From Balanoglossus misakiensis (taxonomy: Eukaryota; Animalia; Hemichordata), in contig CM082581.2 in NCBI GenBank assembly GCA_040954595.2, positions 7,462,059-7,526,058 of the forward strand: a stretch of 64,000 bases of DNA, read 5' to 3'. Under the pieces are notes generated by a model. The model was given only the letters and a program-made list of their open reading frames with translations. It did not search any database and was not told the DNA's origin. Below are positions 29,101 through 42,534 of the stretch, piece after piece; position 1 is the first letter of the stretch, and each line of letters begins with the position of its first letter. The translations under genes and the position numbers were made by a program.

Positions 29101-32100
29101 CAGTTCTGTATTGTGAATTCATCAACACCGACAGCTTGACTCACCCTGGTTACTCTTTCGTTTCCACACTTTTCCCAGGGGCATCGCTTGCTGCCAGTAC
29201 TCTGTCGACATCCTGGTACAGTCCTGACCAAACAATTTACTGGAGGTACTGGAAAGGTTCTACAGCAAAAAAAATTATGAAATGAAATCATAAGTTGCCA
29301 TAACCATTTTCCCTGTATGATAATTAGGGAATATATGAATGAGCTGATGGTCAGAAAAGCCGGTTTGGTCTGCAACCCCACAATTATAATTTTACATGTA
29401 TGGCAAAGATGGAAGCTAAATTCTGCACAAAAGTACGGAATTATATGCATATATATCTGATGTTATAAAATGGAACACTGAGAACACTTTCTAGGCTTCC
29501 CGTCATGTGTCTTGCTTGACTGCATAATCATAGGTGACAACAGTTTTGTTCATAGACACATGTAGTATGTACCCTTATTCAACAAATCCAAAATGAAGAT
29601 CAGAAACAGCCTCACTTACATGTAACTTGGAGGTTGCAGCATTGAGTTGATGCCATAGTTGATTCAGCCTATTGTTGAGTTGCATATCGTGATTCCCGCT
29701 GGTCGTTGACCCCACGGCAATCACCCCGGGTCCGGGACTTGTGCTCAGGTCGGTTGTCGTGCACAGAGGCTGTGCTAGCTTCAGAACGCGTAGTGCCGTA
29801 TCTGTGAGTGTCTGTTTAGCAATAAAAATATAAACATTTTCGCTTACAGTAATTTGACCAATGTTCAACAAAGAACCGATGTGCCGTAATGTGTACAAAT
29901 TTGATGTCATGGCATATTTTATCAAATGTGAAAACATGCTGTTTTTTTATGTTTTAAGAAACATAATCTTTAGGGGTGATACATTGTGCGAACAATGGTA
30001 TTAGAAACATGCTATTTGGGTTATTTTGTTGCACAGAAGTTACACCTTCGAGAATTCTGTGCCAGTCCGAGTTATTAATGTTTCAAGAAAACCTACACTG
30101 TACGTCATTGTAGCTTGGAATCAAGTGACATTCAATCAAACACGGAACGCAGCAAATTGCAGTGAGCTGTCATGTCTGACTTTTCATGAGTGTAAGAAAC
30201 GACTCGAAAAAGGTTAACACAGACCACTGTTGTGAGATTTGTTACATTCTCACACAGACAGACAGAACACCCGACGACATCACACTGAAGCAGACACAAC
30301 TCTTAAGATGATAGCTCGAGTGACCTTTACGACTTGGAAATAACAATGGCACTTATGAACGATACACTCTATTTTAGGAAAATATTCTGTAGACATTGCT
30401 ATTAAATAAGTCTCATTTTCTGATTTTGATTCTCACGCAAGATAACATGTGGTACTTTCAGGAAATGATCCTCTATAACATCTGGTCAAAAACAGTTTTT
30501 AATATTTCACGTACCTTGAGGTCACTTTGCGTAATAAGTAGAAATGAACCAATGGACCAAGAGGACAGGAACTGTAGTGTCTTGGTGTGCGACCACTTCA
30601 ATGCACTGTTCAGAGTTGTGAGAAGCCTGGCCAATGCTGGGATCGTCACTGTTACCACGGCGTTCCTCGGGTACACGGGCAAACCATTCTTCCCTGTGAC
30701 AGAGAGAAAAAAACGTTGTCAAAAACAAAGAAGAGCTAGAGTGTGCATCATTTCCTGTTAGCCAATATCACAAGAAACAGTACAAATCAGCCTAAAGTCT
30801 GGCTACTGTTTCTATTTTCAGTTTTGCAATTTTTTTACCCACCCACCCATCTAGGTGAGGGTTTACAATGCCTGGAAACACCAGCGATTCTAGACTGCTT
30901 CAAAATGGATATTGGACATCTGAACCTAACCCTTTGATTCTGTGACAGGAAGCTTTTGTGATCTGATTTTACCGGGTATCAGTTACCCCCTTACCCCTCC
31001 CCCCCCCCCCCCTTCCAACAACTAGATCAGTGCAACACGCAGCGCACAGATTGAACTCTGGCTGGAAAGCACTCAACCACGCTGACACACAAGAAATCAA
31101 ATCAAGACGAGATGCCAGCCAGTCTAGACTCATCCTCCAGGCTGCACTCCCACCTTGCAGAACAGATAGCCTCATCACTCCTCAGAGAAACTAATTGCTT
31201 TTTCCTCGTTGGAACACAAACAGAGGAGTACAAGCAAAACACTAAAATATACATGCAGAGTGAGACAGTTAGTAAAACTTGTTAACAGATATAATGTTTT
31301 ATATTCCCTCCCAAATATACAGGCATATTATTTCCACTGGGGGTGCAAACTGACCTCTTGATGGAGATTTGAGTGCCGGCGTCTGTTCAGCCGACATCAG
31401 CAGACTGACCAACGGATGGAAGGCTTCTTGGAACAGCATCGCAGTCTTGGTGCGGTGTTCCCCTGCCCCCATGCTCAGTGGCAAACACTTATCGATCACC
31501 GATGATGACAGCGCATCACAGAAGCCTGTAAAATGTTTGAAATAATATTACAAGGCAATTAATTAATATACATGTGTGGAGTTGTTTATAGCCAAAAACA
31601 GTCTGGTAACAGACAGGTGTATTTGACATATTTTTAATTACATTTAGATTTCGTTATTTTGTGTTACTGTTATATACTGAGTGATATATTTTTGTTATCA
31701 TTTTGTTACAATGTTGCAAACTGACATGATAGCTTTTTGCTTCATGTTAAATTGCTGGAAAGACACCGCCAAAGCTTGAGGGTGCACTGTACTTTTTTTT
31801 TAACATAAAATATTAAACATGCGGAACTGTACAACTGTGTCAGCGTAATCTCAATGATCAAAAGTGCAACGTGTCTTATTTTCCTTCTCGCTTACCAGAA
31901 TCCCAGTCGGCGATAGCAGCTGCTGCATGTAGCTGCCGGGCCAGAGACTGCAACGACACCACCGCGCCCGGTGCAAACATATCTGAAAGTGAAACGGGAG
32001 AATTCACACGGGTTGTATTACAGTAGTTCATGTATTTGTTGACCTATAGATACGAAATGCCAATGTACTCTATTAGCGAGACATGTTGGAGGCTAGGGAC

Positions 32101-34225
32101 CGTGCAGAACGACAGCGCACAAAGCTTTCTTTTTTTAAGTCTTCCCCTTGGTACTAAAAAAATATTATGTACAAACCCATCAGGATTCATTTTTAAAATA
32201 CATGTACTCCCCATGGTACTGTGTGCAAACGTACAAATAAATTGAACGATATAAATAGGGTACTTGGAGGCAATGAAAACGTGCATGCAAGGTTGTTTTT
32301 TTAATTAACACACTGTCACTTACGGAATCGTGTAGAAGCTCTAATGAGATGAAACCTTGAACTATGGTGTGAATTACATGTAGCTTAATTTCATTTGCAC
32401 TTCACGCCCCAGGCTATCACGAGTTTTGGTTGATGACAGATAACACAGTCATTTCTAAGGGGTCTGGGTAAGATTAAGAAGGCCTTAAAGCAGCAAATGT
32501 GTTTACGGTAGTACCAGGATCAAATTAGTGGACTGCTTTCTAAACATAATGAAATTAAACCAAACGAGTTGTACGTGACATTTTCTAGCTATAGTTCACT
32601 TTGGGGTACCAATGTTGTCCTAATGAAAGTTTGCTGTTAAAATTCTCACCTTTGACACATATCAATTCTATCATCTGGACTAACATCATAATGACGGTGT
32701 TAGCGCACAACTGCACATGTCCCAAGTCGTCGATGGTCGAATAACCGGTACCCCAGGCTTGCGAGTGCAACAGCTCCAGCAACCGGCCCCCAAAGTTCTG
32801 CCACATGTGATCCATGTACTTGGCGATCAACTGCTGTTTGGTGTTGGTGTCCATGGAGTCGCCCCAGTGGACCGACTTGGTCTTCCTCTCGCCCCGGCTC
32901 TTGCGCCCGCGGAAGTGGACCTTGGCCGGCGAGCCCACGCCGTCTTTGCTGCTGTGCATCTTGCGCAACAGGTTGGTGGACGTCGCCACCGTGGACATGA
33001 ACACCGTCAGGAACTCCTCCTCTCTGGTGGTGAAGTCGACGACCGGCGACATCTCCTGGGAGAGGTCCGGCGCCTTGATCTCCCCGACCCGCAGTATCTC
33101 GCTGGTGACGCTGCCCACGGACCCGTCGCTGTGGTAGTCCGACGTGTTGCTCGGGTAGGACGATTTGCCCTTGTCGTCCCGCGGGTACGTCTGCCAGTCG
33201 AAGTTCGGCAGCTTCGTGTTCGCGATGGAGAGAAATTCCTTGTTCGACGTGAAGAACTTGAAGGTGAGCTTAGCTGCGTGTTTCGACCGCTCGCACGCCA
33301 AGATGCTTAGAACTTTGTGGATTGGCACAGTTTTGAGTTTCTCGCCGTAGTCGTGCACGCTGTTGCTGACCGTCGCGAGCAGGCTCTGCAAGCCCGATCC
33401 GTACGCCGGGGAGGAGAACCTGTAGACCTCCCGGTTGCAGTTCACCCTGTTGTAGTGCTGAACGATGGAGTTGAACTCCTCCACGCCCCTGGCGATATTC
33501 CACAAGGAATCCTGAGTAACTCTGGAGAGGTTGGTGTGAGCGAACACCTGGAGTCCCACGCGGACGATTCGCTCCACCCACCAGATTGCACTGCCCCCGA
33601 GCTGCTGCAAGGCCACCCTCACCGGCTCCAGCTCCCGGCACAGACTCGGGAGGAGCGGCCGGAGCCACTGGTCCGTGTGGACCCGCTGCTTGACGAAGTT
33701 CCAGTGGGCCGTGTGCGTCCGCAGGTCGTCGCAGATGCTGGCCAGAAACTCCAGCTTGGTGGCCACCTCGTTGGACGCGCTGGTGTCCAGCTGGCACCAG
33801 GTGTGGTACTCCTGGTGGGCGATCTCCTGCAAGTTCTGAACGAAGTCGGTCGCCTCGAGGATGCGCGAGCTGTAGTCCTGTATCAGCAGCAGCCGGGAGC
33901 GGTTCACCATCAGCCTGCGCACGTCCGAGTAGTGCTGCGCCAGGTCGACGCTGTTCTTGTAGTGGACGAAGTTGGACGAGTACCGCTTGGCGCGCACACA
34001 GACGTACTCGCCCGGGTTGAGGACGTCGAAGCTCTTGGCCAAGCAGCGGATGTTGGATTCCACATCCTCCACCCGGACAACGGGGATCGACGACCTCGCG
34101 GTGGACTGCGGGGAGAAGATCGTTCCTGTTTCTATGGCGACAGGTAACTCGTCGCTTTCAATCGCCGATTGGTTGTGAAGCGCTTGCAGCGGGGGTAGTC
34201 GCTGTCCGACAATAGACTCTGCCAT
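26106..34225 (-). CDS. CCDC142: Coiled-coil domain-containing protein 142-like, 9 coding exons, about 985 aa
   Basis: Exons (minus strand, 5' to 3'): 34225-32650, 31982-31896, 31525-31355, 30693-30515, 29811-29620, 29259-29145, 28917-28740, 27551-27349, 26362-26106 (TAA). All introns are GT-AG and phases join without frameshift. The C-terminal half resembles the CCDC142 family as I recall it (MPLGKVWKRK, PTEPNAYVESAVETILEPV, AWMNIILKEKIKFSLYGAHQLHLDF, EWLALRVH). Several exons have strongly GC-rich third codon positions. Confidence 0.85.
26859..26947. mobile_element. Diverged MITE family A copy in the last CCDC142 intron
   Basis: CAACCCTCCACCCC...TGTAG..AGGTC...AAACAATGGGGTCAGAC...GAAGGGG is collinear with 57752-57843. 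Confidence 0.55.
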
Positions 34226-37200
34226 AGCTCTGTATTAGACCAACATTTTCTGCAATGAGAACAACACAGAAATTAATTCTAAGAAGATCCCTCTACACGT
34301 CGCCGTTCAAGAGTAAATAACTGGATGACGTCATACCGTAGATAATTAGGGGTCAGTGTTTAAAGGGTTAAATAACAACACGATGAAATTCATACGGTTA
34401 ATTGAAGTACATGTACCCCTTACTGAGATTTTATATGCAGCATGTAACTTCAAACACCAGTATGTATCACAGACTCTGCCTGCAGAAATGACACCCCCAT
34501 TGTTTTCAGTTCTGCTGCCATGGTAACCTCTTCTTACCTGAATGCCTCTGTATGTGTTGCGTCATATCTGTACATGTATGTTCATTGTTATGGTTATCTC
34601 AACCGGGGAGATAATCACAGACATGTTTTTTTGCTCCTCAGAAGCAGACGTGCTGATGTTCTTACAAGTCCCATGACAGCGGGAAATTTGTGATTATCTT
34701 AAGGAGAAATCTCTGATCAAAATGTGATTTGGAAACAGTCATGTTATGGGAGAGCTTTGATTTTTCATGCCTGTGACGTCTGACTACAAGGGAAATTTTT
34801 CATCTTCACTATCATAATGTCACATACATTTGATTAGCAGAGCTACAAGAATACACTGTTTTAGTATAAGCAGATTATACAATCATCTCTGCTCACGTGA
34901 TGTACATGTATATGTATATTAAGACTGAGAGGGCTTTGACCGCCAGATCAGTGAAGATCATACACTGTTTAACACTGATTACGTTCAACCTAGAATTCAA
35001 AACATCACGATGATCAGCATGACTCAGACCTCATATAGATGCTTGATCATTGTATTCCCCAGGTTGTTGATGACAACTGACGGACTGGAATACAGACTGG
35101 ACTTGCCAAACTCAATATATAAAGGATTTCAAACGTTGATCACCATGGTACAAATGTAAAGGGATATCAACTCTGTAAAAATTCGCAATACTCAAATTAA
35201 CTGTGACTTCACGGCACAGCAAACCTGACAAGTCCATATGTCTTTCTCTCTTTCAGATTTACAAATGTATATGTCTGCACTATCACTAACAGCAGCTGTG
35301 TGTTTGAAAGACATGTCACGTTTTGGGATCATCTATTGAGCAAGACAAGAATTGTAGGGAATACGGTTGTGAGTGATACGCACCACAGACTGACTGAAAA
35401 AAACAATCTCAAACAATGAAACAAATGTCACGAAAACAGCCCATTATCATTCCTTCATATGTTCCTCTGATTCTTGCGATTACCATGGAAACGATGAGGA
35501 GAAAGAAACGCACAGAGGTGAACACAGTTGAAGGACGATGAGAGGAAAATACACGGAACCTGAGGCACTTGCTGAGAACTCTAAGAACCTTGTGCCTATG
35601 TCGGGGAAAACGAAGGTCTGTACACAATACATCGCCAAAACAAGAAGATCCACTCTATCACAATACCAAAACCATCTGAAGGTCAAATCAAATTCATGTG
35701 TTGTTGAGGACCAGACAGACTCCTTGCTCACTCTTACATACATGTGTACATACTGGCGCTGGACCAGTATATTATGTACAAATGTATCTAAGACATGTCC
35801 ACTATAAATACATGGGGCACTCATCCATAAACAGCCATACATTTGTAGCTAGCTTTGCACTCCACATTTGCTCACATCCATTTTCATATATTCTCCCATT
35901 GTGACTTGCAATTACCGTGATTATAGATGCCACATACATAGAAAGATGGCCTTTGCAGAAAACCCAGCGAAGCATGAATTATGATCTCAAAGGGACACTT
36001 TTCCTCAACAACATAACAAGGTCGGGAGCTTTTAGCGGTGGGATTGGGGGCACGCAATGTATGTCCTGCACACACCCTGCATAGCTGTCGTCAGCACAAC
36101 AACAATTGGTGGATCACAATGGAGTCAATATTTGCTGTATAAATAGATTATCTGGACACACAATGCTGGAGTTGATGTGACCTACAGTTAGACAGGCTCC
36201 CTGACAACAAACCCAATGAATTTAGGGCGGCCCAACAATACTTGTTGGACACAGTCACTTGACCACCTGTTGGAAGAGTCACAGAAAATGCACAGCAAAC
36301 GCATCTAGCACATGGCAGCAGCTGCATGTGACATGCTGTTTACGGCAAAATAGGAATTACAGAAAAAGTAATTGAAATGTACGAGTAAGAAGTTTGTGTT
36401 CATGTACCAACAATGTAAGATTTGGAAAGTAAGGAAATGCATCATTATAGTATTCACTGGTAGCCATTTTATTCTTTCACCAGTCCCAGTCGTCACTTCT
36501 TGGTAAGGGACGTGATTCTGTCCCGTGTACTCATGCAAGAGATGTTGGAGATGAATCTCTGCAGATGAAAATGGCAAGATGACCCTATTTAAATCCTGCA
36601 CATGTGAATAAATGCATTGTATGTACATGTATGTGCAAAACATACAATCTCTGGGTCCAACAATATGAAACATACACATACACAACCACAATACAAGCCC
36701 TTTGAGAGGACTTAGTCACGAAGCAACCTCCAGGCTTAATATATTGTTGCTTTTCAGTCCAGACACGACTGACTCGGGATTAACACAGACAGAACAGGGT
36801 TCAGACTTGTGAGCACTGGTATTAGATGGCCCATGAAATGCAATTGATACACTGTATATAACGGTTGCCATTGCCAAGATTCGGTATTGGAAAGTGAACA
36901 TGATGCATTGTACACTGGTAGACTCAGCTTATAAGCTGATATTTGCCCTGAATTATTCAATTTGATCAAATGATGACCTCCAAAATAATGAGCTATACAA
37001 AATGTAGCTATATGTATCTATACACAATGATACCTACCAGTGCTTTCCAATGTTTGCCAATAGTGTAACAGCAAATGTTTAAAAATACAGCTCCCGATTA
37101 AAAACAATGACAGAGTTTTATACCTAATCAAACGTACAATTACATAACGTGATTTAGATTGGTAATATCAAGAGCATTGATAAATATGTTAAGCTTGAAT

Positions 37201-40200
37201 TTGATGATGTGCCAACAACAGAGGCCACATATGATGTATGACAGTTTGCCATCATGTCAGTACAGTAACTGCTGTACCCATCATGAGAAGTAACAAACAA
37301 ATTGGATAATGGTCACAAAGTTGATCCAGCAACTAGTGCATCCTGACATGGTTTCCGACATGGCCATCCTGGCGACAAGTTAATTCATTCCACTGAATGA
37401 CTTGCTATATTCGATCCCCCACACACAGACTCATGACAAAAATCTACCTTCAGTTTCAGTTGGTCTCCCCTGTTCTCCTACTCCATTCCACACAGCTACC
37501 AGCACGATTCTCGCAGACGATCACTTTTCTTTTCCACGTTTGACCTCTGCCTGCCGACTATTGGTGGAGGGGGGGGGGAGGGGATCTCATTATCATTACA
37601 GTTTACTTCAGACTTTTGTGTCCATAGCACTGTGAGTGCGAGGCTCACTGTTTGTTTGACTTTAGAGTGGGAGTAACTGTTAACAACTACCAGTTGAAAG
37701 CATGTGAGAAGAATAAACACAACGTTGACGGCTTTGTGACACACACCTCTAAACCTGAATCCCCTCCGATCAAACTTTAATTCCCATGTGACATGCACAT
37801 TTGTGAAAAAAAATTATCCTTTACTAGTGGAGATCATAACCCCTCTGTTTTGCTTTGTTTTGTGTTCTGCTCAGGTACATGGATTGCTGGAATGAAGGCT
37901 TGTTCCCACTACTTTGCATAACAATACACACAGTAGTCTACTTTCATTTCTGACATACATACATCTTAAGACACAGTGCCGGTGACCGTCTTATGCACAT
38001 TTTTGGAATGCAAGTCATCCCCCCCCCCCCCACCCCTGAAGAAATTTTAATCCACAGAAACCGCTTCCGTTCTTTTCATTGGGGTAGATACTGCCTTTTT
38101 AAACATCAATGTGGGCTTGTCTCAGTTAACCTATTATCATCTTCATAGTACCTGTTGATTCCTGGGCGAATCATACCAGTATTCATTTCTTCACCTCTTT
38201 ACGCAGGACAAATAAAAATGTCACCCGACAAGACAGTAGGACAAGAAAGGAAGCCCTAAATACAAGAAGAAAAGCAGGCTACAACATTGTACAAGTACAC
38301 TGTCCTCATACGCACTGTATACGTCGTTGACGTTAAAAAGCCTTGGCAACGTACATGCCAGGTAGCAGGTCTATTAGCCCAGTTACCTGCATGTACTTCA
38401 AACCCAGTTACATATACACCTCCTCAGGTCACTACTTAGGTTTGTTTTTCCAGTTCAGCCTGGTTGGAAACAGAGTCCTACCACAGCACAATTATGTAGT
38501 TATGGTGATCCCCTCAGTCGCATACATGTACTTTGAAAACAGAAAACCTACACCCTGCTGCTTAGTTTTTGATGCACCTAATATACCGTGAATAACTTTG
38601 AAAGGCCATGGTTCAGAGAGAATATTCCACGGGTTGAACTTGGCACTATTCCATGTACATTTACAGTGATGAAACTGTACAGGAGGTTAATTTCATATAA
38701 TTGTTTGAATATAACACACAATGTGCATAATTAATGTGCTTATTGTTATTCATTCACATTGCTTGATGACAAATGTTGTTACATGCCCCTAACTACCGTG
38801 AAATAGACAGACATACATGTACAAGAATACAGCACAAACGCACCTTCGTTATCCAAGAGACACAATTACAGTTTACTATTCCGTGGAACAAAATGGCATT
38901 TCTGCATATTCAAGACATAAAAAACCTTTAGAAGTAATAGAACATCACTCATTAAACGCCATTTTGTTTTAATCATGCCCCTGAATTTACAAATTTAAAA
39001 TTCTGTCAAGATTTTAATTTGAACATTATTCTTACTAGATACCGTTAAATTATCAACATTTCCTTAGAAATCCAGAAAATAGTAAGTCTCCCCACCCTAG
39101 GAAAGTATTACATGTAAAAGTATAGCAGTCCATCATCTAATAAATAAGTTGCTAAAATGCCAAGCTATGCTAAGGTAAACCAGATCCATGGTTAAGATTC
39201 AAAAATGAAGCTAATACAGCAAGGGTCACAGTAGTGCTGTTTCAGCTCAGTTGATACAAATTACAAGAGGACATTTAGATAATATACAATCAATTCACTA
39301 AAAGCCTAGTACCCTATCATTGAATCAAATAAATAATACTGAAAGTTAATACAGATCTAGGATCTGATACAGACGTTGAACTCTAGAAGATAATAAACAG
39401 ATTGATCACATAGCATCTTGTGGACTAAAATCAGGCAGACATGCATCACTGTTTGTGCAAGTCAAAAGTCAAGGAGACAGTTGCACGTCACTACATCCCA
39501 ATCATGGCCATACCGACTCACGGGCTGACTCTAATATTCTATGTTCATGTATGTATGTCTGTATGTATGTCTGTACATGTATGTATGTTCATGTGCATGG
39601 TTTTGATGACACTCATTTCCCCCATTACCAATAACCAATTTCATAAATCCGGTCAATTATTAGCACCAACATCAGTGAATGACTAGACAGTGGGTCTCTC
39701 TTCAACTACAGATGCACGACGCTGCTACTTTTCCGTGATAAATTGTACCACAAACCGCATCAGTTCATACAGATGCACCCGGAATCAAACTGCCCTTTTA
39801 TAATTTATGTCCGCCTATCTCTTTCTTTGGTATGAGTGCACACAGACAGGAAATCTGAGATTGCAGGAGGGATAATGATGATGATCTGCAACTATTATAG
39901 CATCATAGGGAGGAATAGGATTCTTCTCTCAGTGTCACAGATAAATACCTCTGTACGTGAACACACCCATTACGATCATTTTAATTCAATGTCAGTATCA
40001 TTATAATATGTACTGACACACTACACATATGTAAACCCAGTTTTATGAATATTATACAAATCAGGGTAATTCTTGACAAGCTCAGTAGAAATAAGTACAT
40101 GTAACATACTGGCTGAAACCAGGTGTACCTTAATCTTGGTTCATTGGCATTAAGATCATCATCAAGTACACGTTTATAATTAATACATGTATGTCCCAAT

Positions 40201-41427
40201 AAAGTGCATTTTTACAACATGTGGGTCAATTAGTCCAAATATTTAAGTGATCTTAGATTACTCAAACTGTGTTCAGCAGCACTGCAAAATATATACTGAT
40301 TTCCTGTACAAACAACATACCACAAGTACAATGTAAAAAGGAGTATCAATCTGAGACTATTACTGTATGTCAGAATGTAGTCCAAGAACATGCCACATGA
40401 TGTAAATCATGAAATCTGACTTTTAGCCTAATAAACATTGTATGTATGAATTACAGTAGCTTTTAATGTTAATCTATTGAGACTTGTTCTGGAAGAGAAT
40501 ATTACCACGCTATTCACTTAACAGAAATATGTTGAAATGTCTTAGCAATAATTCAATCCATTTCAGTGAATAAAATCAATTACTGTGTTGCCGCTCCATA
40601 CCTTTGAAATGCAGACAGTTTTATATGTCTTGAAAAAAGAATGTGGTGCATTTTGTTCTCCTAGTTCCTTCTCTGTCTGAGAGAATCTTATTGCAAAATT
40701 TTACAAAGTAAATAATCAATGGTTTGTTTTTGAAAATATTGCCGGTATGAAACCATTTGGCAAGTTACAGGGTGAATTTTAACATTTGTCCTATTGGTTG
40801 CTGCTGAAGACATACTAGTAAATTGTAAGCTTGGTTGATTGACTGAAAAACAAACTGTTAGCCAGACTTGTTGATCACAAAAAGGCTGAACACATTTCCT
40901 ATATATGTCATAATATTGAGCTACAAATAATTTCTGTACCATATTGAATTAGAATATATTATTGAAACTGTCGTATCCCTTATAAAACGTTAAACATCAC
41001 GGATCGGGAATGATAAAGACACTATATGACGATTTTAATAGCAGACAGGAAATAATACACTAGTGAAGTATAAGGGTATAATCTGTGAACTGCAACCATC
41101 TGCAACTATGTCTCGCCAGATACAACAAGGGGATATTAACCTCGAAGGTCGAGACGTAGTTTGAGAGTTGATTGATCATCACACGTAAACACGCAGGGTT
41201 GCAATCAACACGGTAAACAAGAAGTTACCCCATCGCTACTGTGCAGCACTGGCCAGCATGCATGACTGCTGTGTGGACTGTCTTCTCTGTAATGTACAGT
41301 AATTGTAATGCATATTTCTCGTTGTCAAGATTTCAAACACGAGTGAAATCTTTATGGCTCTCTCAACATCGGGGATAAACGGAGCGAATTTTAGAATGTC
41401 TTATAGAAATACCCATTGTTACTCACC

Positions 41428-41852
41428 CTTCAATCCGGTTGGAAGCGACAAACCGTGAAATTTTAGCAATATTTTTCTACCCCATGTCGACGGCATAACA
41501 TAGCCAATAAACATAAATTGCATATTTCTTTCTAAGCATGCGTGGTGACCTTTGACCAGGACATTTAGAATTTGACCGGTTAAAAACGAATTGATCAAAA
41601 TTTACTGGTAATTTGATGAGTGATACCTTTATATCGGATAAAGTGGTTGTTTTGTGAAGACGGATCGTTTCAATATAAATTACTATAGAAGTGAACACAT
41701 TTTAAATGCATTTCCCATAATGAAAATATGTACCTGCCTAGTGAATCAGTCTCTTGGCCCATAATGCACTATTAAGACCCTTCAGGTTTGTCATTAATAG
41801 TCTACGGAGCCATTTTGAAAGATGTGATGTGTATGAACAGATGAAGAAAAAG
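41428..41852. promoter_or_regulatory. Putative bidirectional promoter CCDC142/AUP1
   Basis: Minus-strand donor GTGAGT near 41426 (non-coding first exon of CCDC142) and plus-strand donor-like AG|GTTTGG at 41852/41853. Two Staf/ZNF143-like sites (TTTCCCATAATG 41711-41722, CCCATAATGCA 41758-41768), YY1-like GCCATTTTG 41809-41817, and a local rise in CpG. Confidence 0.5.
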
Positions 41853-42262
41853 GTTTGGTATTATTAACTTGAGGTTGTCCTTGCTGACATTGAAAATAAC
41901 CTTCTCTTGTATACTCCTGTTACTGTTCATGCGATTGCCGGTTGAATATTCTTTCCAAAACCATAAAAACGGTCAAAATTGCTGCTCACAGACACTTATT
42001 TCATCTTCGACAACGCTGACTGTGAGTGGAGGGGTGTGTGTACAAATTTATTTTGCTAAATCATGTTTACAAAAATAAATGACCTTAGTCCATATGACAT
42101 CTGATAAACGCAGTAACATGTCAGTAATCTTGAGCGTTACAGAGTGCGTTAAGGAGACTTCTGAACGATGCCACGGTGGTCGTATTCAGGGTGGATCCCC
42201 GAACAGCGCTCTGCCAAGTTGTTGCACATCTTTCAAATTCTAGCAATATTTGTCGATCTGTA

Positions 42263-42285
42263 GGGGGGGGGGGGGGGGGGGGGGG
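42263..42285 (+). repeat. Poly-G run (23 nt) in the presumed first intron of AUP1
   Basis: Directly visible homopolymer; could form a G-quadruplex. Confidence 0.9.
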
Positions 42286-42534
42286 TTATAACAGCCGGTG
42301 ATTTGATCAGTACGCTGTAGCACAAATCGCAAGGGCGATTGCACTTACGCCTCTTATCTACTGTCCACAAAGTCGCTTTACCACAATATCCTATTGGTAT
42401 CTGTGCAATGCAATATGTAAAAGTGAAACTGAGTAATACAATATGGTATCAACAAATGAAATGTGCATAACGTGCAATTTCTGCATTCTTTCAGAATTTT
42501 AACTTTCACTGCATATGGTGTGAACAAGAGAAAA

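Noticed and set aside
32717-34178. Long plus-strand ORFs (197, 276 aa and others) opposite the first CCDC142 coding exon
   Set aside because: They are the expected shadow of high third-position GC, which removes antisense stops; the products have no recognisable features.
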